This document shows positions 37,221-48,105 of a stretch of 64,000 bases of DNA, one piece after another. A program made the translations under genes and the position numbers. Positions within the stretch are counted from its first letter, which is position 1; the number at the start of each line of letters is the position of its first letter. The notes below the pieces were generated by a model. It worked only from the letters and a program-made list of their open reading frames with translations, was not told the DNA's origin and searched no databases. The DNA lies in NCBI GenBank assembly GCA_037308085.1, contig CP147779.1, forward strand, positions 832,001-896,000, in the 5' to 3' direction. The DNA comes from Promethearchaeati archaeon SRVP18_Atabeyarchaeia-1. GTDB taxonomy: Archaea > Asgardarchaeota > Atabeyarchaeia > Atabeyarchaeales > Atabeyarchaeaceae.

Positions 37221-39569
37221 ATGGCAAATAAACCTGCGAGGCTTAAGGCCAACGAAATACAGTCTAGTTTTGGTGTCATCAAAGGCTTAGATCTGAGCAT
37301 CGGCAAAATAGTGATGGAAGAGGAAGCTGAATGGGAGCCAATGGGTCCTACTCCCTTCCCTGCGGTTGAAACCTTGCGGTCATGGGATCAGAAGTTGCTG
37401 GCGAGGTACAAGCCTTTCTACACACCGATCTGTGATATGTGTTGCCTTTGCACAATGGGCAAATGTGACCTAACAGCGGGCAAGAAAGGAGCGTGCGGTA
37501 TAAACATAGGCACGCAACAAGCGCGTATGTCCCTGATGGCGGGGCTTATGGGCTGTACGGCTCACCTTGCTCATGCCAGACACCTAACGGAGCATCTTAT
37601 CAAGAAATATGGTCCATCTACTCCCATCTCACTCGGGACTGAAATAGATGTCGAAGCTCCCAACATGAGACTGGTTCTGGGGGTAAAACCGAAGACACTT
37701 GAAGATCTAGAGGAGGGTATATCCTACTGTGAGCGCGAGGTGACTCAACTACTGGCTTCCACTCACACTGGACAAGAAGGTAGTAACCTGGACTATGAGT
37801 CGAAACTTCTCCATGCAGGCATGCTAGATATGGTTGGCATGGAAATCGCAGACATCGCTCAGATATCAGCTTATGGTTTCCCCAAGGGCGCATCTGATGC
37901 TCCTTTGGTCGACTGTGGCATGGGCACAATAGATGCAACAAAACCCATGATTCTATGTGTAGGGCACAACGTCGCATCGGGCGTCGAGATAGCAGATTAC
38001 CTGCGCGCGAATAAGTTGGATGAGAAGGTTGAAGTCGGCGCAATTTGCTGCACGGCACTTGATTTGACAAGATATTACACAAGGGCGAAAGTCGTGGGTC
38101 CCCTCTCTCAGCAATTAAGATTCATAAGGTCGGGCATTGCAGACGTAATAATGACTGATGAGCAATGTGTGAGAACTGATATCCCGGAGGAAGCGCAGAC
38201 TGTCAAGGCACCTGTTATTGCCACCAACGCAAAGATATGTTATGGTTTCCCAGATCGCACAAGCGATCCAGTTGATCAGATAGTGAAAGATGTAGTTTCA
38301 GGGGCTCAAAAAGGTGTGCTTATACTCGACCCGTACAAAGCTGCCGAAGTAGCCGTGAAGGTCGTTGTCAGCATTGCACCTAAGAGAGCCAAGTTCAAAG
38401 CTCTTCCTGATACAAGCAAAATCCCAGAGATCGCTAAGAGTTGCACAGGCTGCCAGAGCTGTCGAAGGGCATGTCCAAATGATCTACACACTGACGAGGC
38501 TGTCCAACTGGCCAAGAAAGGAGACCTTTCCAAGCTGGCTGATCTATACGAGTACTGTATTGGATGCGGAAAGTGTGAGCAAGCCTGCAACAAGGACATA
38601 CCGGTGACAAGCTTGATAACAGTTGCCGCGGAACGAAAGGTGAAAGAAGAGAGATTCAAGCTGCGAAGTGGTCGAGGTCCAGTACGCGACACGGAGATTC
38701 GCAATGTGGGCGCACCGATTGTATTGGGTGAAATACCTGGCATAGTTCTGTTCGCTGGTTGCTCTAACTACCCCAATCACTTGGAAGTCGGCGAAATGGC
38801 GGCAGAGTTCTTAAAACGGGGGTTCATAGTAACAGCTACCGGCTGCTCAGCAATGGACATATCGAGATACAAGACAGAAGAAGGCAAATCGCTCTACGAG
38901 GAATATCCAGGTGACTTCGACAGAGGTTGCTTGTCGAATGTTGGTTCATGCGTGTCTAATGCACACGTCGCTGGCGCGGCCATCAAGGTTGCAAGCATTT
39001 TTGCAAGGAGACCACTGAGAGGGAATTATGAGGAGCTAGCTGATTACGTCTTGAATCGCGTAGGGGCAGTTGGAATCGTGTGGGGAACTTACAGTCAGAA
39101 AGCCGTATCGATTGGGACAGGAGCCAATAGACTTGGCGTTCCGGTAATCCTGGGCCCTCACGGCAGCAAATACAGACGCATGATGGTTGGACGCGCTGAC
39201 AAGGATGACGACTGGTATGTCTACGATGCCAGAACAGGCGACCGAACATATGTAGGACCCGTTCCCGAGCACTTGGTGTACGCTGCTGAATCCAAAGAGG
39301 AAGCTATGATCATGGGCGTAAAACTCTGTCTAAGAGCAAACGACACATTCAAGGGACGAAGTGTCAAGTTGTCTCACTACGTCGACCTAACCAGAAAACT
39401 ACTCGGCAAAGATTATCCAGACGACATTCACAAATTCATTCGCATCGAGTCAGACATCCCACTAGTATACAAGGAAGACTTAACGAAGATACTACAAAGC
39501 AAAGGGTGGAAACCAACAACAATACCCGACCCAACACTCCTGAAAAGACTGGTAAGGACAAGCGAATGA
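37221..39569 (+). CDS. cdhA: CO dehydrogenase/acetyl-CoA synthase alpha subunit
   Basis: WEPMGPTP, CCLCTMGKC, HTGQE, GHNV, CCT, DEQC, two extra [4Fe-4S] motifs, GSCVSN and IPDPT. Confidence 0.97.
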   Translation: MANKPARLKANEIQSSFGVIKGLDLSIGKIVMEEEAEWEPMGPTPFPAVETLRSWDQKLLARYKPFYTPICDMCCLCTMGKCDLTAGKKGACGINIGTQQARMSLMAGLMGCTAHLAHARHLTEHLIKKYGPSTPISLGTEIDVEAPNMRLVLGVKPKTLEDLEEGISYCEREVTQLLASTHTGQEGSNLDYESKLLHAGMLDMVGMEIADIAQISAYGFPKGASDAPLVDCGMGTIDATKPMILCVGHNVASGVEIADYLRANKLDEKVEVGAICCTALDLTRYYTRAKVVGPLSQQLRFIRSGIADVIMTDEQCVRTDIPEEAQTVKAPVIATNAKICYGFPDRTSDPVDQIVKDVVSGAQKGVLILDPYKAAEVAVKVVVSIAPKRAKFKALPDTSKIPEIAKSCTGCQSCRRACPNDLHTDEAVQLAKKGDLSKLADLYEYCIGCGKCEQACNKDIPVTSLITVAAERKVKEERFKLRSGRGPVRDTEIRNVGAPIVLGEIPGIVLFAGCSNYPNHLEVGEMAAEFLKRGFIVTATGCSAMDISRYKTEEGKSLYEEYPGDFDRGCLSNVGSCVSNAHVAGAAIKVASIFARRPLRGNYEELADYVLNRVGAVGIVWGTYSQKAVSIGTGANRLGVPVILGPHGSKYRRMMVGRADKDDDWYVYDARTGDRTYVGPVPEHLVYAAESKEEAMIMGVKLCLRANDTFKGRSVKLSHYVDLTRKLLGKDYPDDIHKFIRIESDIPLVYKEDLTKILQSKGWKPTTIPDPTLLKRLVRTSE

Positions 39570-39579
39570 TTAGTAATTA

Positions 39580-40146
39580 GTGAGGTGTAGAATCAAGTTG
39601 TCTAATCGCACAATGCCATGGCAAACCGCAAACGTTCCAGGTCCGAAATTCGCGATGGATCTCAAAGGCGAAGTAGCAGGGAAAATGATCCAGAAAGCAA
39701 AGCGCCCACTCCTAATCGTAGGGATGAATTCTGTCAAGGACGAAGTTGCGGGGCGAAAACTCATAGAGTACGCCATTGAAATGGGAAAGGCGGGAGTCAA
39801 GATAGTAGCTACAGCCCACATGGTGAAGGAGTTCTCTAATCGTGGTTACAAAGTCGATGCAGACATGCCTGTAGTGAACATAACCGACAGATTGAAAGAC
39901 CCAGAATGGAAAGGTATCGATGGGCGTGGCCCCTACGACATAGCAGTCTTCTTGGGCGTCCCTTACTACTTTGAATCACAGATGCTCTCGACATTGAAAA
40001 ACTTCGCCCCGGGTCTTAACACGGTAGCCATCGATGCCCAGTTTCAACCCAATGCCAAGTGGTCATTTCCAAATCTCAAAGGCAAAGACTACGAAGAAGA
40101 GCTAGCAAGCATGATGGCAGCCCTTAGAGAGAAAAAATCCGCATAG
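39580..40146 (+). CDS. cdhB: CODH/ACS epsilon subunit
   Basis: PWQTANVPGP, KAKRPLLIVG, DPEWKGIDG.G.YD and QPNA.WS; start uncertain. Confidence 0.93.
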   Translation: MRCRIKLSNRTMPWQTANVPGPKFAMDLKGEVAGKMIQKAKRPLLIVGMNSVKDEVAGRKLIEYAIEMGKAGVKIVATAHMVKEFSNRGYKVDADMPVVNITDRLKDPEWKGIDGRGPYDIAVFLGVPYYFESQMLSTLKNFAPGLNTVAIDAQFQPNAKWSFPNLKGKDYEEELASMMAALREKKSA

Positions 40147-40164
40147 CCCCAAGGCTGGCAAATT

Positions 40165-40180
40165 CTCCTTTTCTTTTTTT
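40165..40180 (+). terminator. Oligo-T terminator after cdhB
   Basis: CTCCTTTTCTTTTTTT just downstream of the stop codon. Confidence 0.55.
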
Positions 40181-40502
40181 GGGGCATGCATCTGCTACAA
40201 AAAAAAGTAAGTCACAGATCTATTCGCTTCTCTGCAGACGCTGTGAGAATTATGCTGAGATTTGGCTTACGATATGCTTTGAAAGAGTCCTAGACTAGCT
40301 ATTAATTCCGATCGGGGTTAGACGGATCCAGTCTAAGCACAGCTTTGCAGCGAATTGGGCAAGTGATGTAGTTGAGAAGCTAAACTACTGAAAACTTATA
40401 AGTATTGAGCATTTCTCTTTGAAGTGATAATTCCATTCTGCTCATGATAAATATTATATGAATCTATTAAGAACGTAACTAGCTGTCGGAGAGTGATTTA
40501 AG

Positions 40503-41918
40503 TTGAGTTCGAAGGGACTTTTTTCGGATATACCCGTTGACGTTGGAGTCGTTTACGAAGGCGAAAGGATTCGGACACAGCAGATGCAAGTCGAACTTGG
40601 CGGACCGAATGAAGAGCGAAAGTTCGAATTGGTGCAAGCGAGGAAGCCCGAGGAAGTCGAAGACGGCAAGTTTGTCGTAGTAGGGCCCGATCTGAAGGAC
40701 ATGAAAGAAGGCACGCACTACCCGTTGGGAATCTTGGTCGAAGTATCAGGGAAGGAAGTTGAAAAAGATCTAGAATCGGTTATCGAGCGCAGAATACACC
40801 AGTATACCAACTATGTCCAAGGTCTGATGCATCTAAACCAGAGATATGACATCTGGCTTAGGCTGGGCAAAGACTCGTACAAGAAGGGATTCAACTCCTT
40901 CAAGTTCCTTGGGAAGGTTCTCCAGAGACTCTACAAGGCGGAGCTTCCAATAATCGATAAGATCCAGGTCACTTTCATAACGGATCCAGAAAAAATGAAG
41001 GACTGGTATGACAAGGCAATTCAGATCTACGAAGCCCGAGACGCTAGGGCAAGGAAGCTCAAGGAATCTGAGGTGAAGGAATTCTACGGCTGTGTTCTTT
41101 GCCAGTCATTCGCTCCGACTCATGTCTGTGTGATAACCCCTGAGAGAGTTTCACTTTGCGGTTCGATTAACTGGTTCGACGCTAGGGCTGCCGCAAGGGT
41201 TGACCCCAAGGGTCCCAACTTCATGATACCAAAGGGTGAACTACTTGACCCGGAACACGGAGAGTATTCTGGTGCAAATGAAGCAGTTCAGAAGAAGTCT
41301 CTCGGTGGCGTCAAGAAGATCTACCTACACAGTATGTTTGGGCATCCACATACTTCATGTGGATGCTTTGAGTCAATTGCTTTCTACATCCCCGAAGTCG
41401 ATGGAGTGGGAATAGTCGACAGACACTACAAGGGAAACGCGGTCAATGGTTTGCCTTTCTCATCCATGGCCAACGAAACAGGGGGTGGCAAACAAGTAGA
41501 TGGATTCGTCGGCATAGCAATTGAGTACATGCGTTCACCCAGCTTCTTCAAGGCCGACGGTGGTTGGAACAGAGTGGTTTGGCTCCCTTCAGTGGTTAAG
41601 GACCGAGTGAAGGATGCCATACCCGCAGAGCTGAAGGACAGAATCGCGACCGAGAAGGACGCCCAGACGATCCAGGACTTGAAGAGTTTCCTTAAGACAA
41701 AAGGGCACCCAGTGGTTTCCAGATGGCCTGCTGAAGAAGCAGTCGCTGCTGCACCCGCAGTCGCTGGGGCTGCTGCCCCAGAGGCAATGCAGCCTATGAT
41801 GACCGGCTCCACCATAACTCTTCCTATGGGTGGAGGCGGGGCGATGGGTGGCTACAGATTGACACTCAAGAACGTAAAGATAGTGGCGAAGAAACTGATT
41901 CTGAAGAAAGCCAAATAA
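40503..41918 (+). CDS. cdhC: Acetyl-CoA synthase beta subunit
   Basis: YEGERIR, MHLNQR, FYGC.LCQSFAPTHVC and HPHTSCGCFE. Confidence 0.97.
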   Translation: MSSKGLFSDIPVDVGVVYEGERIRTQQMQVELGGPNEERKFELVQARKPEEVEDGKFVVVGPDLKDMKEGTHYPLGILVEVSGKEVEKDLESVIERRIHQYTNYVQGLMHLNQRYDIWLRLGKDSYKKGFNSFKFLGKVLQRLYKAELPIIDKIQVTFITDPEKMKDWYDKAIQIYEARDARARKLKESEVKEFYGCVLCQSFAPTHVCVITPERVSLCGSINWFDARAAARVDPKGPNFMIPKGELLDPEHGEYSGANEAVQKKSLGGVKKIYLHSMFGHPHTSCGCFESIAFYIPEVDGVGIVDRHYKGNAVNGLPFSSMANETGGGKQVDGFVGIAIEYMRSPSFFKADGGWNRVVWLPSVVKDRVKDAIPAELKDRIATEKDAQTIQDLKSFLKTKGHPVVSRWPAEEAVAAAPAVAGAAAPEAMQPMMTGSTITLPMGGGGAMGGYRLTLKNVKIVAKKLILKKAK

Positions 41919-41979
41919 TCTGAACGAGACAGCAACACACCAAAACTGAACAAGATGCATCGATGGAGGAAAAGAGAAT

Positions 41980-43182
41980 TTGCCAAAAGAAGAAATCGAC
42001 AAATTGGGTGAAGCCTTGCTCAAGGCACTGCACGAAGCAAACGAACTGACTCTTGAGGACGCCGAGATTAACGCCGAGGAACTCATAATCGACCTGATTC
42101 CTTTTGTTCAGGCAGCTGTCGGGGTACCCACGCAGCTCCCCCCCTCATTGGGGGTAAGTGTCCCACCGGTTCTCAAATATATTGAATCATCTTTCCAAGC
42201 GCCCAAACTCGAATTGACTGGTAAGATCAATGAAGTACGGTACGGTGGCTCGAAAACCAGGAAGAAGGTAGTGATCGGGGGAGAAACGACACTACCATTT
42301 TACAGGTTCATGGCTGCTGCTCCTCACAGACCAGCGGTCACATTCGACATATTCGATATGCCACAGCATCTGCCTAAACCGATCAAGGTGAACTTTGAGG
42401 AGGTTATGGAGGACGCCGGCGAATGGGCAAAGCGTGCGGTTCAGCGATTCGGAGCGGACGCCGTAACCATCCATCTGGTAAGCACAGATCCCTACATCAA
42501 GGATACCTCTGTGGAACAATCCGCTAAGACTGTTGAGAGGGTGCTCCAAGCAGTAGACGTTCCAGTACTGGTAGGTGGGTCAGGCAACAAGGAAAAGGAT
42601 CCCGCTGTGCTTGAGAAGGCAGCTGAAGTAGCCCATGGCGAAAGGGTTTCACTAAACTCCGCGGCCCTAGACTTAGACTACAAGAGGATTGCGCGCGCTG
42701 CGAAAAAGTATGACCAGATTGTACTTTCCTGGACCCAACTCGACATGAATAACCAGAAGAAACTAAACACGCTGCTACTGGATGAAGGTCTGCCGCAGAA
42801 TCAAATCGTAATGGATCCAACCTGCGCCGCTCTGGGCTATGGACTCGAATACTCATTCAGCATCTATGAACGTTTAAGGATTGCAGCCCTGAAGGGCGAC
42901 ACCGTACTCGCAAACCCCATGAGCGCCGGAGCAACCAACGCTTGGGGAGCCAGAGAAGCTTGGATGAGTGAGAAGAAAGTTCCGGCGTGGGGTCCAAGTG
43001 AGTTGAGGGGAACGCTTTGGGAAGCGCTGACCAGTTTGACATTATGCCTAGCTGGGGGCAACATTTTCATGATGTTGCATCCCAACAGCGTTAGAATGTT
43101 CAAGACGATGATAGACTACTTGACGGCCGAGCCAAAGGCTCTAGCCTCGTCGGTTGAGAACTGGATTGCAATGAAGTCCTAG
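41980..43182 (+). CDS. cdhD: Corrinoid Fe-S protein small (delta) subunit
   Basis: GGSGN.EKDP, MDPT.AALGYGLEY, TNAWGAREAW and MMLHP. Confidence 0.95.
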   Translation: MPKEEIDKLGEALLKALHEANELTLEDAEINAEELIIDLIPFVQAAVGVPTQLPPSLGVSVPPVLKYIESSFQAPKLELTGKINEVRYGGSKTRKKVVIGGETTLPFYRFMAAAPHRPAVTFDIFDMPQHLPKPIKVNFEEVMEDAGEWAKRAVQRFGADAVTIHLVSTDPYIKDTSVEQSAKTVERVLQAVDVPVLVGGSGNKEKDPAVLEKAAEVAHGERVSLNSAALDLDYKRIARAAKKYDQIVLSWTQLDMNNQKKLNTLLLDEGLPQNQIVMDPTCAALGYGLEYSFSIYERLRIAALKGDTVLANPMSAGATNAWGAREAWMSEKKVPAWGPSELRGTLWEALTSLTLCLAGGNIFMMLHPNSVRMFKTMIDYLTAEPKALASSVENWIAMKS

Positions 43183-43206
43183 AATGTTAGGAGGGTTCAA
43201 TTAGAA

Positions 43207-44997
43207 ATGTCAAAAAGACCAAGTCCTTTGGAACTCTACAAGTATCTTCCGCAGACCAACTGCCGTAAGTGTGGCGAAGATAGTTGTATGGCCTTTGCCA
43301 TGAAACTCATTGATCGTTCAGCTGAGATAAACCAATGTACACCACTCTATGCTCCAGAATTCAAGACAAAGCTGGAGACGCTCGAGAAGCTAACTACACC
43401 TCCCGTTCGCGTGGTGAGAATAGGTGAGGGACCCCGCGCCGTCAAGATAGGCGGAAAGGAAGTCGTCCACAGACACGAACTAACGTACATCAATCCCACC
43501 GCTATAGCCATCGATGTCCACGACGAGATGCCCGAGGAATTGATGATTCAGAGAGTCAAGACGTCAACTCAGTTCAGTATTGTAAGGATCGGGAAGGAGT
43601 TGAAACTGGACCTCATCGCGGTAAGGAGCGTCTCAGGTGATCCGAAGAAATTCGCGAAGGCAGTTGAAGTCGTCGGGAAGAACACTACCATGCCGATGAT
43701 ACTCTGCTCGCTGGATCCCACGGTTCTGCGAGCGGGTCTCGAAGTAGCCAAGGGTAAACGGCCACTCATCTATGCTGCCACAAAGGACAATTGGAAAGAC
43801 GTCGTGTCTTTGGCCGTTGAATTCGGTTCTCCGGTCACGGCCTTTGCCCCGGGGGATCTGAGCGTTGCCAAGTCCTTGGCCGTAACTCTTAGCAGAGGTG
43901 GCGCGCCCGGCGTCGTAATAGACCCTGGAACGGTATATGGTGAGGGATCACTAGCTCAGTCACTTGACAGGTTTGTCATGTTAAGAAGGGCAGCAATTGA
44001 AATGGGTGACGGAGATGTCGGCTGGCCGCTGATGGGGGTGCCTGCCGTCGTATGGGCCAGAAAGAACGGAACGCTTACGAACGAAGAAGCCATTGAATTG
44101 GCATCGAGGGAGTCTATACTAGCGGCTGCGCTCGTGCTGAGGTATGCTGACGTAATAGTATGCCACACTCCAGACATGTGGGCCATGCTTCCAGTTGTAG
44201 CTCTCAGACAGAATGTGTACGCCGATCCGAGGATACACCCTGCCGTCGAATCTGGTCTAAAGACCGTTGGTGCGCCAAACGAGTTATCTCCAGTGTTCCT
44301 GACAACCAACTTTGCTTTGACCTACTTCACGGTCAGATCCGACATTGAGCAGGCAAAGATGGATGCTTGGATGTTGGTTCTGGATACTGGAGGAATTGGA
44401 GTCGAGAGCTCATCGGCAGGTGGACAACTCAACGCTGGCGCTGTCGGAGAACTAGTGAAATCATCGGGCATAGAGTCAAAGGTTGGTCATAGAGCACTAA
44501 TAATACCTGGAATGGCAGCACGGTTCCAAGGTGAGATGGAAGACACTACCAAATGGGACATATTTGTTGGACCTAGAGATTCATCAGCCATACCGGATTT
44601 CGTCAGGGAGAAATACATTATCAAGCCTGGTCTCAGATTCACAGGGGAGCCAAAGGGAGATTCGCCTGTACTGCTCACCACGAACGCGATAAAGTCGTAC
44701 TACAGTTTGAAGGTTCCACTGGAAGGAAAGGTGGATGCGTGGATCCTAACCCTAGATACAGGTGGCAAGGATCTGGAACAGGCAATGAGTGAGAAGCTCA
44801 TTACGGCACAAGCAGTGGCATCGCTGATGAAAGAAGCTGAAATAGAAAAACAAGTCAAACAGAAGAGGCTCGTAGTGCCAGCCCAGGCTGAGAGCCTGAA
44901 GAACGACATCAAGAAAGTAACAGGTTGGGATGTGATCGTAGCTCCATCCGACCTAAGCAAACTTGCTGCTTCCTTGAAAAAGCCTGCGGGCAAGTGA
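43207..44997 (+). CDS. cdhE: Corrinoid Fe-S protein large (gamma) subunit with a duplicated C-terminal domain
   Basis: LPQTNCRKCG..CMAFA...C, LRQNVYADPR, TTNFALTYFTV and GPRDSS, followed by an extra repeat of about 120 aa. Confidence 0.95.
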   Translation: MSKRPSPLELYKYLPQTNCRKCGEDSCMAFAMKLIDRSAEINQCTPLYAPEFKTKLETLEKLTTPPVRVVRIGEGPRAVKIGGKEVVHRHELTYINPTAIAIDVHDEMPEELMIQRVKTSTQFSIVRIGKELKLDLIAVRSVSGDPKKFAKAVEVVGKNTTMPMILCSLDPTVLRAGLEVAKGKRPLIYAATKDNWKDVVSLAVEFGSPVTAFAPGDLSVAKSLAVTLSRGGAPGVVIDPGTVYGEGSLAQSLDRFVMLRRAAIEMGDGDVGWPLMGVPAVVWARKNGTLTNEEAIELASRESILAAALVLRYADVIVCHTPDMWAMLPVVALRQNVYADPRIHPAVESGLKTVGAPNELSPVFLTTNFALTYFTVRSDIEQAKMDAWMLVLDTGGIGVESSSAGGQLNAGAVGELVKSSGIESKVGHRALIIPGMAARFQGEMEDTTKWDIFVGPRDSSAIPDFVREKYIIKPGLRFTGEPKGDSPVLLTTNAIKSYYSLKVPLEGKVDAWILTLDTGGKDLEQAMSEKLITAQAVASLMKEAEIEKQVKQKRLVVPAQAESLKNDIKKVTGWDVIVAPSDLSKLAASLKKPAGK

Positions 44998-45211
44998 CCT
45001 ACCGGCTATCAACCTGACAGCCGATCCCCTTTCTTTTTCTTTGCCTCCAACGGACGAGAAGCTGATCCGTGTCCTGCAACGATTTCTATGCGTGTTTTAG
45101 CAAGAAGAGCTTCAAAAAGAGGTAGATGGGACGTAACCTAGCGTACCACATCAATTGCGTGTCCCTAAGAGAGTCCAGATGTTCGTGCGGTTTTCCTGCT
45201 ACCGTTCAATC

Positions 45212-45397
45212 TCAGAGCGTTCTTTGTCTGATACTTCTTCTGCGTTCGCTCACGGTGATAGGTATTTCAATGGGTTCCTGAACCGCTGCCATTTCCTCTA
45301 ACTCCTTTTCTATTAGAGGGACACAAAGGTTGCAGACACCAGATAGACAAATATCGATTTTATAGCTGTCACAAGGTAGTTTCACGATGGATATCAC
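45212..45397 (-). CDS. Possible small Cys-rich protein
   Basis: C-x7-C-x4-C-x2-C in an otherwise empty intergenic region. Confidence 0.35.
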   Translation of the reverse strand: MISIVKLPCDSYKIDICLSGVCNLCVPLIEKELEEMAAVQEPIEIPITVSERRRSIRQRTL

Positions 45398-45703
45398 CCA
45401 CCGGCCACTACTTTACGATCATAAAATAGTGAAACCGCAATATTTAAGTGTTATCACATTTCTCCGAATATGAACTGTTACATCGATAAATGTCGTAGTT
45501 TACCTTTTTTCGGGGTGCAATAGGCTTTTTACCGATTGCGAAGGCTTTTCTATCCCGTTGCAGGTTCCACGACAGGTGACTAGGTTCCTCAAGCCGCACT
45601 TCAAGGCAAGAGCGAAAATTACAATAGAATTGCCAAGTACTATCTTGCCTTGTTGAGTTATCTACGATAGAACGGTTATATTGTATAGTGCACACATAGA
45701 ACT

Positions 45704-47524
45704 ATGCCAATCGTGACTCACCTTCAACTATGGAATAGCGCGAATGGTGAACAAGAAATGCTTGATAGATCATCATCGACGGAGGATTACTGGAAGAGCA
45801 AATTGGAGGAGATTGCCAGGCGTAAGACGCGTTCCACCTCCCTTTATAGCGAGAAGGCTTTGAAAAAGATCAAGGAAAGACAGACTCAATGGGAAGAGAG
45901 CACCCTTAGACAATACGCTTCGAAGAACCCCGAATCGAAGCAGAAGTTTGAGAACCTATCTGGAATAGAGGTCAAAAGGGTATACACTCCGTGCGACGTT
46001 CCATATCTGGACTATGAAGAGAGTATAGGTTACCCTGGGAGTCACCCATTCACGAGAGGCGTCTACCCTACCATGTATCGGGGTAGAATCTGGACGATGA
46101 GAATGTTCTCTGGATACGGAAATGCAGAGGACACGAACAAGCGGTGGAAGTACCTTCTTGAGCAAGGGGAGACTGGACTGAGCACAGCATTTCATATGCC
46201 GACGATCTATGGGTACGATTCGGACAGTGTTCGAGCATATGGAGAGGTTGGCAAATGTGGAGTCGCTATTGACTCACTCAAAGACATGGAGACACTTTTC
46301 GACGGGATCCCATTGGATCAGGTTAGCACTTCAATGACGATCAATGCTCCTGCTGCCGTGCTTACGGCAATGTATGTGGCTGTGGGCGAGAAGCAAGGCG
46401 TCCCTCAGGAGAAGTTGAGGGGGACTATCCAGAACGATCTTCTGAAAGAGTACATTGCACAGAAGTCTTGGATATTCCCGCCTGAGGAATCTCTTAGGAT
46501 CATGAGAGATATACTAGTTTATTGTTCAAGACACATGCCCTTATGGAATTATGTCAGCATAAGTGGGTACCATATTAGGGAGGCGGGCGCGACTGCGGTT
46601 CAGGAATTGGCCTTCACACTGGCAGATGGATTTGCATATGTTGACCTTGGAGTTAGGGCTGGACTTAGTGTCGACGATTTTGCTCCGAGACTCTCGTTCT
46701 TCTTCAATTCCCATAACGACTTCTTCGAGGAGATTGCAAAGTTTCGAGCTGCCAGAAGGATATGGGCGACGGTAATGAAAGACAAGTACCACGTCAAAGA
46801 TCCAAGGTCACAGCTACTTAGGGTCCATACCCAGACGGCAGGCTGTTCCCTTACATGGCAACAACCATTGGTAAACATCGTTAGGGCCGCGTACCAGGCT
46901 CTGGCAGCGGTGCTGGGCGGCACACAGTCACTACACACTGACTCCTACGACGAAGCTTGGGCAGTTCCGTCGGAGCAAGCTGCGCTGATAGCACTCAGAA
47001 CACAGCAGGTGTTAGCCGAGGAGACTGGCGTTGTCAATACAATAGATCCGTTGGCAGGTTCATACTACGTCGAGTGGCTGACAAGTGAGATGGAGGAGCA
47101 GGCATACAAGTACTTCGATAAGATAGACTCTATGGGAGGAGTGCTGGAGGCAATAAAGAACGGGTACCTTCAGCGCGAGATAGCTGACAGCTCGTACAAG
47201 TATCAGAGAAAAGTGGATCACGAGGAGATACCAATTGTCGGCGTCAACAAGTATCGCATGAAAGGTGAAGAGCCGATAAATTATCTCAAAGTGGATCCTG
47301 TAGTTCAAGATAAGCAAATCCAAAGAATCAGGAAACTGCGTGAAGATAGAGACAAATCACGTTGGGAGACATCCATGGATGAACTGAGAAGAGCCATGAG
47401 AGATCAGAGTGCAAACCTTATGTACTCGATTCTGGAAGCCGTAAAATCATATGCTACTATCGGCGAGATCATAGGTCTGGGGAGAGAGGTATTCGGAGAA
47501 TGGAAGGAGCCCACACTCTTCTAA
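45704..47524 (+). CDS. Acyl-CoA mutase large subunit (isobutyryl-CoA mutase-type residues)
   Basis: [45 protein letters not shown] and GGTQSLHT; start may be near 45758. Confidence 0.93.
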   Translation: MPIVTHLQLWNSANGEQEMLDRSSSTEDYWKSKLEEIARRKTRSTSLYSEKALKKIKERQTQWEESTLRQYASKNPESKQKFENLSGIEVKRVYTPCDVPYLDYEESIGYPGSHPFTRGVYPTMYRGRIWTMRMFSGYGNAEDTNKRWKYLLEQGETGLSTAFHMPTIYGYDSDSVRAYGEVGKCGVAIDSLKDMETLFDGIPLDQVSTSMTINAPAAVLTAMYVAVGEKQGVPQEKLRGTIQNDLLKEYIAQKSWIFPPEESLRIMRDILVYCSRHMPLWNYVSISGYHIREAGATAVQELAFTLADGFAYVDLGVRAGLSVDDFAPRLSFFFNSHNDFFEEIAKFRAARRIWATVMKDKYHVKDPRSQLLRVHTQTAGCSLTWQQPLVNIVRAAYQALAAVLGGTQSLHTDSYDEAWAVPSEQAALIALRTQQVLAEETGVVNTIDPLAGSYYVEWLTSEMEEQAYKYFDKIDSMGGVLEAIKNGYLQREIADSSYKYQRKVDHEEIPIVGVNKYRMKGEEPINYLKVDPVVQDKQIQRIRKLREDRDKSRWETSMDELRRAMRDQSANLMYSILEAVKSYATIGEIIGLGREVFGEWKEPTLF

Positions 47525-47581
47525 GTCGCGTGATGCTCGAGTCGTATTGTGGAGGTTAGTCTGACGGAGGGTTTGTAGCCA

Positions 47582-48007
47582 ATGACGAAATCTCACATTA
47601 GGATCAGAGTTCTCGTAGCAAAGCCGGGGTTGGATGGTCACGACCGGGGTGCCTTGGTCCTGTGCAGGGCTTTCAGAGATGCTGGGGCTGAGGTAATTTA
47701 CACGGGTCTGCTTGCGACCCCTGAACAAGTCGCGCAATCAGCCATCGATGAGGACGTCGACGCGGTGATGTTGTCGCTTCTCAACGGTGCCCACATGGTT
47801 GCGTTTCCAAGGGTTGTGAGTTTATTGAAAGAGCGGGGAGCGGAGGACATTCTCGTTTTTGGAGGCGGAATAATACCTGAAGAAGACAAGCCACCACTAG
47901 AGAAACAAGGCGTAATGGGAAACTGGGGTCCTGGCACTCCCCTCGATTTGATCGTAGGTACCGTCTTCAGAAAGGCGGAGGACCGCAGAAAGAAATCTAG
48001 GAATTGA
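47582..48007 (+). CDS. Acyl-CoA mutase B12-binding subunit
   Basis: KPGLDGHDRG, SLLNGAH, GGIIP and GPGT. Confidence 0.95.
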   Translation: MTKSHIRIRVLVAKPGLDGHDRGALVLCRAFRDAGAEVIYTGLLATPEQVAQSAIDEDVDAVMLSLLNGAHMVAFPRVVSLLKERGAEDILVFGGGIIPEEDKPPLEKQGVMGNWGPGTPLDLIVGTVFRKAEDRRKKSRN

Positions 48008-48105
48008 GAGAGCGAGATTCAATTATAACTCACGTCTTACCTATAGCTGTCTTAAATCCTTCTCGACAAGAGGAGATGCCCAATTAGCGAGCTTAGGCAG
48101 GTGCT

